From an uncultured virus (IMG/VR IMGVR_UViG_3300030330_001568) (taxonomy: Duplodnaviria > Heunggongvirae > Uroviricota > Caudoviricetes > Crassvirales): 64,000 nt of DNA. The stretch lies in IMG/VR virus record IMGVR_UViG_3300030330_001568. One strand, 5' to 3'. Within the stretch, counting starts at the first letter, position 1. Every line of letters begins with the position of its first letter. The position numbers were made by a program, and so were the translations under genes. Below, one piece after another: positions 29,526 to 39,225 of the stretch. A model generated the notes under the pieces. That model made no database searches. It saw only the letters and a list, made by a program, of their open reading frames with translations, and was not told the DNA's origin.

Positions 29526-29582
29526 TTAATCACCACATAAACCACAGCCTATGCAGAACGGACATATAAAATTTGTTTTCAT
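29526..29582 (-). CDS. 18-aa Cys-rich micropeptide MKTNFICPFCIGCGLCGD (not in ORF track)
   Basis: ATG 1 nt after the upstream stop (TAA-T-ATG); fills most of the 69-nt gap; CxxCxxCxxC. Confidence 0.65.
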   Translation of the reverse strand: MKTNFICPFCIGCGLCGD

Positions 29583-29583
29583 A

Positions 29584-30849
29584 TTATCTAAATGTATAAT
29601 TAATTCCAAAGGTTGAGTTAAAAAATTCAGTATCCCACATTTTAGTATATTCTCCTTCTACAAATACCCCAAGCGTCTTACTAATTTTCCATCCCATGTT
29701 TAGACCCCCTTGGTAGTCTAACCATTGTTCAAATTCGTTTTCATCTCCTGTTACAGGATCGTACTTCCATCCATTTCTATATCCATAGTTTAGTTCATCC
29801 CACTCTCTATCATTAAATATATATTTATGATAAGGAAGTAGTACACTAGCGTATGCATGTATCCAGAAACTAGACTTATAATGATAGAAATCCATACCTA
29901 CAATAGGTGATACAACATGATAAGGTTCTACAGTTTCCCAAAACTCTCTGTTATATCTATTCATGAGTTTTCTAAATACAGTATTTCTAAACTGTAAATC
30001 TGTATATGCAACTATGTTTCCCTGATCATCTCTCCATAACCAGTCTCCCATTTGTTCAACTGTACCATCATTATTGTAGACAACAGATGAGTAGTATACG
30101 TCTTCGTATCCGTATTGATATCCAAGACTGTACCAAGGATTTGCAGGGTATTGATTACCAAACTCATCTGTTTCCATTTGGTTTAACCAAAGCTCTATTG
30201 GATTAAATCCATAACCACGTTGATGAGTACGGTAGATTGCGCCAGCTGAAATAGAAGCTTTGCTACCTAGTGGTAGTCTAAATCTAAGCTCTGCTGATTT
30301 ATATTCGAAGTCTCTTGATCCTATATTTCTTTGCTCTAGCTTAGCAATATGATATTTACCAGTGTGTCTAATAAAGAATCTAGAGTTGTTCCAAACCATT
30401 CCTCTATGTCTTTCCTTTTCATAGTGTAGTAAGTATTCTAAACCGTCAACTGCAGAAGTAGGAGCAGATAATGCATTTTGTTTTTCTCTTTTTACATTAC
30501 CAGTCCAGAAGTTATCCGGCTTTCTCTCGTATCCAAAACGACCAAGCTTACGGATTCCAAATCCATATCTATAATCAAAAGGATGTTTGATAGTTACATC
30601 TATTACTTCTGGTACATCATATAAACTTCCACCTTCTGGAGGTCTAACAAAAAAAGACTCTTGCTCTACTTGAGCATTGTTAATATCTCCAGCTACGTAA
30701 ATAGTTCCGTATTTAAAGATCTGTTCGTATATAGATTTGAAAATGTTCTTCTTTTCTTTTTCTACTTGACCGTAGGTTACAAAAGAACATAATAAGAATA
30801 TTAAGGTAAAGATGTAAGTACCTCTTTTATAAGTATAAGAATCTCTCAT
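29584..30849 (-). CDS. Putative outer-membrane beta-barrel protein
   Basis: Signal peptide ...IFLLCSFVTYG|Q; aromatic-rich alternating strands; C-terminal GVFVEGEY...STFGINYTFR beta-signal-like end. Confidence 0.7.
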   Translation of the reverse strand: MRDSYTYKRGTYIFTLIFLLCSFVTYGQVEKEKKNIFKSIYEQIFKYGTIYVAGDINNAQVEQESFFVRPPEGGSLYDVPEVIDVTIKHPFDYRYGFGIRKLGRFGYERKPDNFWTGNVKREKQNALSAPTSAVDGLEYLLHYEKERHRGMVWNNSRFFIRHTGKYHIAKLEQRNIGSRDFEYKSAELRFRLPLGSKASISAGAIYRTHQRGYGFNPIELWLNQMETDEFGNQYPANPWYSLGYQYGYEDVYYSSVVYNNDGTVEQMGDWLWRDDQGNIVAYTDLQFRNTVFRKLMNRYNREFWETVEPYHVVSPIVGMDFYHYKSSFWIHAYASVLLPYHKYIFNDREWDELNYGYRNGWKYDPVTGDENEFEQWLDYQGGLNMGWKISKTLGVFVEGEYTKMWDTEFFNSTFGINYTFR

Positions 30850-30866
30850 TTTTATTTAGTGTTTAT

Positions 30867-30969
30867 TATCAGAGAGAGTCAGCGAGCTGCTGTTACTATA
30901 TAATTGGAGATTCTATACTAAATTTTGGTATTCTTTGGAACTTTATTACTACGCTGACTATCTTTGATA
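30867..30969. promoter_or_regulatory. Structured non-coding element upstream of the beta-barrel gene
   Basis: 18-nt inverted arms 30867-30884 / 30952-30969 (16/18 complementary) with an inner ATACTAAA/TTTGGTAT stem; no ATG on the minus strand in this gap. Confidence 0.55.
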
Positions 30970-30982
30970 TCTAAAATTAATA

Positions 30983-31768
30983 TTATCTGGCAGATAATCT
31001 CATATTCGCACTAACATCATACAAATATAAACTATTTTGGCTTACATTGTCAAATGAAAAACGAGAAATTATGAACTTATCTACAAACCTCTTTTTAGTA
31101 AACCAGTCTTTATTAACATTTAAGTTACTAGTTATTAGTTCTAAATTACTGTCTATGAAGGGATTGTCAGGATTAATAACAATATCTCGGAACTTATTAA
31201 CAGACCAAGTGCCTTCTGTATTAAACATATTAAAATTACGTATATCTTCTTGGTTTGTTGAGGTTTTCCTCACTAAATCAAGATTACCAGAACACTGATA
31301 CGAGTTATATATTAGTAAATCAGTAATAGTACTATTATATAAGTGTGCTCCGTTTGATGCTGTAGTCTTAGATATCCAGTTGACCGTTGCATACATTTTA
31401 CTACGATCCGGCTGTTCATTAAATACTGCATCTACAAAACTTGCATATGTTTGTTGTGTACCTCCTACTTCATAAAACCTTGCATATTTAGTAGGTATAT
31501 TGTGTTTATATATTTCATCGTAATTCATTGAATATAATACATTACGAGTGTTAGTCATTAGATAAGGGGTGTAATCATGATAAGAAATCCAAGCTTGTGT
31601 ATCTAACGAAAAAGATAATGTCCAACTATTATCTGTAAAAAAGGTAGCTAGCTGTGCTGCAGTTATAAGCTGTAGTACTTTTTTACCATTAACTGTTGCA
31701 ACAACATAGTACTGTCCTTGATTAAGAACTAGTTGACCGTCTGATAATGTATTTATATTAGTTGGCAT
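30983..31768 (-). CDS. C-terminal part of the tail muzzle/stabilisation protein encoded as a separate gene
   Basis: SWTLSFSLDTQAWISYHDYTP, VFNEQP..SK, EGTW..N.FRD, KRFVDKFII.R resemble the C-terminus of crAss-like tail stabilisation proteins. Confidence 0.65.
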   Translation of the reverse strand: MPTNINTLSDGQLVLNQGQYYVVATVNGKKVLQLITAAQLATFFTDNSWTLSFSLDTQAWISYHDYTPYLMTNTRNVLYSMNYDEIYKHNIPTKYARFYEVGGTQQTYASFVDAVFNEQPDRSKMYATVNWISKTTASNGAHLYNSTITDLLIYNSYQCSGNLDLVRKTSTNQEDIRNFNMFNTEGTWSVNKFRDIVINPDNPFIDSNLELITSNLNVNKDWFTKKRFVDKFIISRFSFDNVSQNSLYLYDVSANMRLSAR

Positions 31769-31770
31769 AA

Positions 31771-34700
31771 TTAAAATGTAAATCCGAGATTTTCCATCGC
31801 GGTTTTTATTAAGTTTTTATAATATCCTGTATTAGGTGCACCTGAACCTCCATCATTATTAGGAACTACATCAAATGTAAATCCTACATTACTTACACCG
31901 CTTAGTCCTCCAGCATTGTATACTCCTGTTCCATCTTTTACTGCTGTTAAATACTGCTTAAATGCTAAGTTTTCTCCAGTTGTAGAAGTAGCTACTTGGA
32001 ATACGTTAGCTCTATAGAAAGCGGCATCGCTTGAATTTAAGTTTGTTATAGTTGTTTTTAGATTGCCGATATCTGTGTCATGCTGACTAGTAGTAGAAGT
32101 AGTATTAAAGTTTGAAGCCGGATGATAAACACCATTTGCTTCATCTTGAAATGCAAACATAATTACTTTTGAAGCAGATGGATACGGATCACTAGCTCCT
32201 GTACCAAAGCCTGCACCTCCATTATTTAAACAGTGCCAAGTTCTTTCTACAGGGTTAGTACTTAAATCTGAATAGTCTCTTATTCTTACTTTAGAATCAT
32301 ATGCATCTTTTCCATTAGTTGTTGTATTTGTATTTCCTTGAGCTTCTGTTTGACCTGTAGCATAAAAGTCTTGTAATAGTTTTCTAAGTCCGTGTTGATT
32401 ACTATAAGGAGCATTCTTCATAGCATTTAAATCATCTTCTGTAGTACCCATGGATCCTGAATCATCAAAGAAAATATCTATGTAAGTATTTTCATCTACT
32501 GATAAAACTCCTAAGTCTACAGTTGCAGTAGTGCTACAAGAAGCTTTAGATACGCTATATGAGAATGATCCAGTTGTTGCTGCAGTACTATTGTGTGTAA
32601 ACTTAACAGAATATGTTCCTGGTTGACTTTGTCCATTAGTACCAGAAGTTGACTTAGTAAGAGTACTACCTACAACTAAAGAAGCATTGTTGTTATTATT
32701 ATCAGTAAGTGTTCCTATTACATTATTGCTGCTATCTACTGGTAATCCTGTTATCTTGTATATCTCATCAACTCCTGAGACAATAGATCCATAGCTATCA
32801 TTGTTAGATAATACTATATCTGTACTACCACCATTAGTAATACCTGCAGCACTATCATTAGCTAATACAGGACAATCTAATACTTTTACTGTAACAGCAG
32901 ATCCTATAATATCAGCTGCATTTTGTATTGTTATTTGATTATTATTATCATCTAATCCTCCATCTTTAGTAACTGCAGTAGCAGTAGCTATAATTGTTTC
33001 ATCCGGTGTAAGTTCAATAACTTGATCAATAGTTAAAGTTGCTCCTTCTATTTCAGCCTCTATTGCTCCTGTAGGTATAACAATTGTAGTTCCAGGTATT
33101 CCTGCTTGATCATAAGTACCAGAGTATGCAACAGTAACTGTTAGATCTCCGTCTTGTGGTTCGCTAACAACTGCTTTTAAGACAACCTTTTCACCTTCAA
33201 ACTTATTAACTCTAGATCCTTTTCTACCAACCCACTCTAGATAAAGTGTAGGCTTACTAGGACACAACACAGGATCTAAGCTTGGAGCTACATAGCCTTC
33301 ATGAGTGCTAACGTTAGGAACAGTTTCTATTAGCTCTCCGTATTGATCTAATACTTGTAAGTTTTGGTAAATTACAAAACCAGTTGGATTACCATCACTG
33401 TCTAACTGACAAGCAGGATCTACTGCTAAGAAGGTTGTAGGAACCTGTACATCAGTTACTAGTGGTACATTTAGTTTTAGATCTTTTTTAGTTAGTAATA
33501 TTCTATTATTTAATTCGTCAAATGCAGTAACATATCCAGAGCCTCCTAAATTAAAAGGAGTGTCTGTACTAGGAGTTGTAGTGTTTTGGAAAGATAGATT
33601 ATCTCTAAACCACTGTCTTAACCCAGTAGAAGATATTTCTTGTAATTTATTATTTACTAAAAATACTTTGCCTTGTTCTTCATCCACAAAGCTATATCCA
33701 GCCTTGCTTATAAGAATAGAAGAAAGATGCTGTGTACCTGCATATCCGTTTTCTGATGTTATAAGCTCTGTAGGAGCAAACTGAAATATATCTCCAGTAC
33801 CTAAAGTTGCTTGAGCTGTGTTAGTAGCTATAACATCTTTAGTTGTAGTTTTAAATATAGAATGTTCGTGATGTATAATTAACTCTTTTCCTATTCCTTC
33901 TAAGTTAACTAGGTGACCACGGTTTTTTACCATTTCATAAAAGTCATTTGATCTAAACTCTTTTAAGCTCATTGTTTTATCTTCTTGAGCAAAAGGCTGA
34001 CTTCTTATAATTCTATAAGGAAACTTACCTAAAAATAAGTCTCTGTTATCATAAGCAGTTAATACATTATAATTATTTAATGAACTATAATCTTGATTAT
34101 ATGTAATACTATTTGTATTATCTATATCTGTACTTCTTCCTCTATAGTTATGGAGTGCTTGTTTCTTTTGATCTAGTCTACTATTTATTGTAGTAGTTTC
34201 TCCCGAATTTGTTAAAGATCCTACACCACATCTAGGATAATAACTATCTTTAAAAACTTCAGTTGCAGCATGTCGTAAGGCTACGTTAGCTGCAGTATAT
34301 ACAGGGAAGAAGAATATATTTTTAACTCCGTGTAGTTTATTAGAAGAAGACCATATTTCTGCATCTTTACCTTTAGAGTAGTATGCAGGTCCTGTTAGTC
34401 TTACACCGTACATTCCTGTAAATGTATCTCCACCGTATATAGGTCCAGTATCTAAGGTTATACTTTGATTTATTTCTATTTCTAATTTTTGATTATCTGT
34501 AAGTTTAAAGTAGTTTTTAGTTGCTATAAACTTTTGATCATAAAAGCTATTATATAAATTAGTCTTATATGATTTTAAATCAACTAGGTTATATTTAGGT
34601 CCTTGTATTTGGTCTACTATTTGACTACCAGTTTCTGTTTCAAAGTTAGATTTTATTTTTCTCCACCCCATAGGTTCAGTGTATGTAGTAATATTAGTAT

Positions 34701-37700
34701 TACTATCAACACTACTACTTAAGAATCCTGTATGATGATTTATTTCACTCCAGTTATTTTCATTATCATAATGTACAATTGTTGCATGTAAACACTCTTC
34801 AGAAAAAGTATTGTTTACAGTAACACTCTTTTTAGTAACAACTGTATCTCCAGGAACATACCCTATATCTTGCAGCTGTCTTAATTTATAGTAATGATTA
34901 GATGCTAAACTAAAACTTGGGTTTCTTTGTGCTGTTGTAGAAGTACCATATCTATTCCATATTTGATTATATCCTGCTTGTAGTATAGTATCTACAGTAT
35001 TATTTTTTCCTGTAGTTGTAGAATTCAAAAAGAATGGATCACCTCCACCTGCTGCTGTTGCTGTATCAGCAGTATCTTTACCTGCATCTAATTGATTAGC
35101 GTTTGTAATAGTATTTAATCTAACATCCGTATACTCACAAGATCCTAACTCAGCTACTCTTTTTATATAAGCTCCTTGTACATTTGGTTTAAAGTTTAAC
35201 ACATTAAATCCATGAAATCTAAATGATGACGGATTTATTTTATGTTGTTTACTAAAGTCATTACCATCCATTGTAAGACCCTCTTGACTCCAGTCTGAAG
35301 ATGTATACCCAGACCCTGTATCTCCATATTCATTAGTACTTGTTAATCTTAGATTGCCCATAGGTATCAAGTGACCTGCGTATGATCCTTCTTCATCTGG
35401 GAATAAAGCATGAGGAGCTCCATGAAATGCAATTGACTGATCAAACGTTTGTGTATTTTTTGCATCTCTTTCTGCATAGAAGAATTGATACCCTTGTATA
35501 TCTTTTGCTAACTCTCTAGGTATTTCTATATTATTAAATCTAATACCTAGTACAGCTGTATACATAGAGTACGGACTATATGTAGGTTCTGGGAATGTAT
35601 ATTTATAAGTTAAGAACTGTAAATCATATTCATAAGCTATTCTAGTAGGTGTTGTAGAATTAGTATGAGATACAGAACCAAGTCCTGTAACTGTAGTCTC
35701 ATGATAAAACTGTAGTATATCACCTGTATTTAAAGTAATAGCAACAAAGACATCAGGTCTAAATACATTTTCTACATCTTCTGATAAAAAGTTTCCTCCT
35801 AGTGTAGAAGTAGCTACTTTATCTCCAGATGCTTTTAGTGTTCCTTGGTTCGTCTCTGTATTTTTAAATACGTCTGTTCTTTCCCATGTTGTTTCATCGT
35901 CAGGATCCCCTCTTCTAAGTTTTCTTATACCTGATATTACAATCTGTCTTGGTTTCTTTTCGTCTCCAGATGTGTACGAGCTTTCTACTAAACATCCAAA
36001 CTTACCACTGATATATAAGGTATGAGGACCTACTGCAGTATAAGTATAATTATTATTACTAAAGAATCCATCAGGAGTATTACCTGTTTTAGTTGTAGGA
36101 AATTGAGAATTACCAGTTAACGGAGCCTGAGCAACCGCATTAGCCAAACCAGAAGGACCTGTGTGAAAAGACTCAAAAGTTACTGGAGCAAGAGTACTAG
36201 TAGAAACAGAAGTAGTTGCGTTAGCAAAATTAGTTTGTTTTACTTGTCCGTTACCTACAGCTCCATAAGGTTGAGATGTTATAAAACTAGGCTGTGTATA
36301 ATTACCTAAAGAAGCAGAAAAGTTATACTCAACGTCTTTTCTAATTGTTTTTATACCATTACCATTAAGAGTAGAATCACTTACTTGATTACTAGTACTA
36401 GACCACCAGTTAGGTATAACTGTAAAATTACCTACACCTGTATCACCTGATCCTTGTATTATATCTAAATGTTGTAGATTCCATTCATAATAATTATAAG
36501 GTCCTCTTGCTCTAGGGCACTTTGCATTTTTTCCTTCTCCCCATCTACGTGCGTACGCTTGTGTTTTTGGTGTTCCTGGACCACATAGCTTACCATTTCT
36601 ACAGTGTTTGTGATACCAATGACCCATAAAAACATTAGATGCGTAATACTGAGCATCCCCTCCATTTATATATTCATAAGACTGCTCTGTTCTCATTGGG
36701 AGTTCAAAGATATCTCTTTCGAATCCACATCCATCTTTATTCATTTTAGTTCCTTCATACTCATAATCAAGTCCATCTGCTAATCTATCAGTATTTCTAG
36801 GAGTTAACATGTTAGGATACAAATCTTTTATAGCATTAGTACCATCAACAATATTTTGAGGAGGTATATTACTATGTTGCCAGTCTCCCCTTCTTTGATC
36901 TCCTGATATTTCTATTACAGGATCGGTAAGATAATGAGAGAATGCTCCTCCTGTATCTGTAAAATCTCTAGGATCTAGAGACTGAGCTAGGAAGTAATAT
37001 CCCGGAGCAGCTTGTCCATTACCAGAAGCAATATATAAATACAAGTGATGATAAACTCTTTGTCTATTATATAAGTGATTGTGAGCAGTACTTTTACTTA
37101 AGTCATTACTTCCTTGACTCATGTATTCTTCTTCGTCACCTACAATAGAAGGTCTAAGATCCATCATACAACTATCCATGTATGCAATAACAACTAAATG
37201 TCCAACTCCTGTTCCACCTGGAGGTATACTATTACCATCAGCATCTTGTTGAATAAAAGTTGTATTCAATCCATTCATTGTTTCGTATCCAGGAAACTTA
37301 TGATGTCTAACAGGAGTACCTGCACTAGATCCAAAAGTGGTAGGATCTCCAGGATATAACTCTGTTGCATTAGACCAGTAACCCATTTTACCATCTATCC
37401 TAGCAGTTTCTCTTGTATGAAACCATTTTATATTTTTGCTAATACCTAAATCATGTTGAAATATATCTTGATATTGTATTCTATCAGTGCTTGTAATTGT
37501 CCCTTCTGTTACATCTCCTAGTACAATATCTTTTAGTTTAATATCTTCATCTACAGTAACAGGTGATAAATAATTACCATTAGCATCTTCTAACGACACT
37601 GTAACCTTTTCTTTATCTCTACCCGGTATGTGGTATGCACCAGACCAAGTACCATCATTATATAAGAATGCAATGTAAAAAGCATAAACTTCATCAGGTC

Positions 37701-39225
37701 TAAACCCACGTTTATTATATACCATTAACTCATCTTTGTAAGATCCTCTTACAGAGTTAACATCTATATAATCTCTTGTCCATGTTGATTGTATATTCAT
37801 GGCAAAAGGTTGATAGTTAAAATCTTCGTGAGATGTTAGGTTACCTAAAAATAGTTTACTGTCAAAGTATGTAATTGTTTTAGCAGTAGAGTAAGTATCA
37901 TTACCTATACTTATATCCTCTAGAAGAAGATCTATACTTGTTTCTCTTCCAGAATATGTAATAGTAAGTCCTTCATCTGTATCTTCAGAGTCAGGTGTAT
38001 TTACAGTAGTAGCTCCACTAGATGGTATATCATCATCTGATCCATCTAAAAGGTTTAATACAGAAGCTATTTCTATTTTTTGTACTAACTCACTTGTTGT
38101 ATTACCTCCTATTTTTTTATAAACTGCAAAAAGTAAATACTTATATCTTAAGTCAACATTAGTTACTTTAAATCGTATAGACTTAGAGCTTGTAGTATTT
38201 GGTTCTGCTCCATCATACATTGATACTAACTCAAAGTTATTTTGCATATCTTTTCTGTATGATCCTGTTAACTCTAAAGTAGAATTAGTAACTATTATAG
38301 GACCATCTAAAGGAGTAAAATTAGTTCTACTACCATCTTCTAATTCATAAGCAAAAGACAGAAAATAAGCACCTGTTTTTAAAGCTCCTCCGTTATCTAC
38401 TACTTCTTTATATACAACTACAGGTCTTTTATACTCAGGGAATATGTACATTAATACTATTTCCTTTTCATCTATTATTTTTTTATTAGCATCAACTGAA
38501 AAAGGTAGTTTATCTATATTAAGTATTTTAGGTTGTGTTTTATCATCTGTAAAAGCAATTATAATTTCTTTATTAAAATTTAAAACATAAATACCTTTCA
38601 TAAAAGAATCAGATCTAAACTTAAGTGAATCTGATTTTAATATAGTAGTATATACTCCATCTTTTGACAGTCTTCCTATTTCTGACTCATATGCTATAGT
38701 AGTTACAGTGCTTTGTTGTATAGGAGTTATTGTAAGATTAGATGCAACATTATCACTATCAGTAGAAGGCGGAATACTAAAAGTAAAAGTTAAGTCAGCA
38801 TTAGTACTATATTGAATGAACGAGCCTCCGTTTATAGTAACATCATGACTTGCAATAGTAGAGTCCTCAGCTATTGTCTCTTGCATATTTATTACTTGTT
38901 CCTGTGCTGTACCATTACTATTTATATATGCAACAGTAAGAGTACCCGACATAGTATTAGGAAAAGTTATTGTTACTTTAGCTAAAGCAGTACTAGTTGT
39001 TTGTGTAGCATCATCATCATCTCTAGAAAATAGTATGATTTCATCATTAATAATAGGAATAGATCCTACTATCTTTTTATTTAAATCATGCACTTTGTCA
39101 AAACCCAGTTCATTTACAAGAGCTCCTTGTACTTTGTTAATGATCATATTCCTAGCGTTTGGATATGTACCCAACAGCTGATCTATAGGATCAGTATCTT
39201 TATAAAGCCCTTTACTTAGTTTCAT
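31771..39225 (-). CDS. Tail muzzle/stabilisation protein (N-terminal part) with large insertions and C-terminal vWA domain
   Basis: KGLYKDTDP..Q..GTYPNARN, RGFRPDEVYAFYIAF, PVRHHKFP, YGGDTF, GYAGTQH, FDELNNRILLTKKD; MIDAS-like FFDDSGSM near the end; follows ring and IHF genes. Confidence 0.75.
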   Translation of the reverse strand: MKLSKGLYKDTDPIDQLLGTYPNARNMIINKVQGALVNELGFDKVHDLNKKIVGSIPIINDEIILFSRDDDDATQTTSTALAKVTITFPNTMSGTLTVAYINSNGTAQEQVINMQETIAEDSTIASHDVTINGGSFIQYSTNADLTFTFSIPPSTDSDNVASNLTITPIQQSTVTTIAYESEIGRLSKDGVYTTILKSDSLKFRSDSFMKGIYVLNFNKEIIIAFTDDKTQPKILNIDKLPFSVDANKKIIDEKEIVLMYIFPEYKRPVVVYKEVVDNGGALKTGAYFLSFAYELEDGSRTNFTPLDGPIIVTNSTLELTGSYRKDMQNNFELVSMYDGAEPNTTSSKSIRFKVTNVDLRYKYLLFAVYKKIGGNTTSELVQKIEIASVLNLLDGSDDDIPSSGATTVNTPDSEDTDEGLTITYSGRETSIDLLLEDISIGNDTYSTAKTITYFDSKLFLGNLTSHEDFNYQPFAMNIQSTWTRDYIDVNSVRGSYKDELMVYNKRGFRPDEVYAFYIAFLYNDGTWSGAYHIPGRDKEKVTVSLEDANGNYLSPVTVDEDIKLKDIVLGDVTEGTITSTDRIQYQDIFQHDLGISKNIKWFHTRETARIDGKMGYWSNATELYPGDPTTFGSSAGTPVRHHKFPGYETMNGLNTTFIQQDADGNSIPPGGTGVGHLVVIAYMDSCMMDLRPSIVGDEEEYMSQGSNDLSKSTAHNHLYNRQRVYHHLYLYIASGNGQAAPGYYFLAQSLDPRDFTDTGGAFSHYLTDPVIEISGDQRRGDWQHSNIPPQNIVDGTNAIKDLYPNMLTPRNTDRLADGLDYEYEGTKMNKDGCGFERDIFELPMRTEQSYEYINGGDAQYYASNVFMGHWYHKHCRNGKLCGPGTPKTQAYARRWGEGKNAKCPRARGPYNYYEWNLQHLDIIQGSGDTGVGNFTVIPNWWSSTSNQVSDSTLNGNGIKTIRKDVEYNFSASLGNYTQPSFITSQPYGAVGNGQVKQTNFANATTSVSTSTLAPVTFESFHTGPSGLANAVAQAPLTGNSQFPTTKTGNTPDGFFSNNNYTYTAVGPHTLYISGKFGCLVESSYTSGDEKKPRQIVISGIRKLRRGDPDDETTWERTDVFKNTETNQGTLKASGDKVATSTLGGNFLSEDVENVFRPDVFVAITLNTGDILQFYHETTVTGLGSVSHTNSTTPTRIAYEYDLQFLTYKYTFPEPTYSPYSMYTAVLGIRFNNIEIPRELAKDIQGYQFFYAERDAKNTQTFDQSIAFHGAPHALFPDEEGSYAGHLIPMGNLRLTSTNEYGDTGSGYTSSDWSQEGLTMDGNDFSKQHKINPSSFRFHGFNVLNFKPNVQGAYIKRVAELGSCEYTDVRLNTITNANQLDAGKDTADTATAAGGGDPFFLNSTTTGKNNTVDTILQAGYNQIWNRYGTSTTAQRNPSFSLASNHYYKLRQLQDIGYVPGDTVVTKKSVTVNNTFSEECLHATIVHYDNENNWSEINHHTGFLSSSVDSNTNITTYTEPMGWRKIKSNFETETGSQIVDQIQGPKYNLVDLKSYKTNLYNSFYDQKFIATKNYFKLTDNQKLEIEINQSITLDTGPIYGGDTFTGMYGVRLTGPAYYSKGKDAEIWSSSNKLHGVKNIFFFPVYTAANVALRHAATEVFKDSYYPRCGVGSLTNSGETTTINSRLDQKKQALHNYRGRSTDIDNTNSITYNQDYSSLNNYNVLTAYDNRDLFLGKFPYRIIRSQPFAQEDKTMSLKEFRSNDFYEMVKNRGHLVNLEGIGKELIIHHEHSIFKTTTKDVIATNTAQATLGTGDIFQFAPTELITSENGYAGTQHLSSILISKAGYSFVDEEQGKVFLVNNKLQEISSTGLRQWFRDNLSFQNTTTPSTDTPFNLGGSGYVTAFDELNNRILLTKKDLKLNVPLVTDVQVPTTFLAVDPACQLDSDGNPTGFVIYQNLQVLDQYGELIETVPNVSTHEGYVAPSLDPVLCPSKPTLYLEWVGRKGSRVNKFEGEKVVLKAVVSEPQDGDLTVTVAYSGTYDQAGIPGTTIVIPTGAIEAEIEGATLTIDQVIELTPDETIIATATAVTKDGGLDDNNNQITIQNAADIIGSAVTVKVLDCPVLANDSAAGITNGGSTDIVLSNNDSYGSIVSGVDEIYKITGLPVDSSNNVIGTLTDNNNNNASLVVGSTLTKSTSGTNGQSQPGTYSVKFTHNSTAATTGSFSYSVSKASCSTTATVDLGVLSVDENTYIDIFFDDSGSMGTTEDDLNAMKNAPYSNQHGLRKLLQDFYATGQTEAQGNTNTTTNGKDAYDSKVRIRDYSDLSTNPVERTWHCLNNGGAGFGTGASDPYPSASKVIMFAFQDEANGVYHPASNFNTTSTTSQHDTDIGNLKTTITNLNSSDAAFYRANVFQVATSTTGENLAFKQYLTAVKDGTGVYNAGGLSGVSNVGFTFDVVPNNDGGSGAPNTGYYKNLIKTAMENLGFTF

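Noticed and set aside
31760..31780. Intron or frameshift explaining the muzzle split
   Set aside because: Clean TAA-TT-ATG junction, and the intervening sequence codes for recognisable domains
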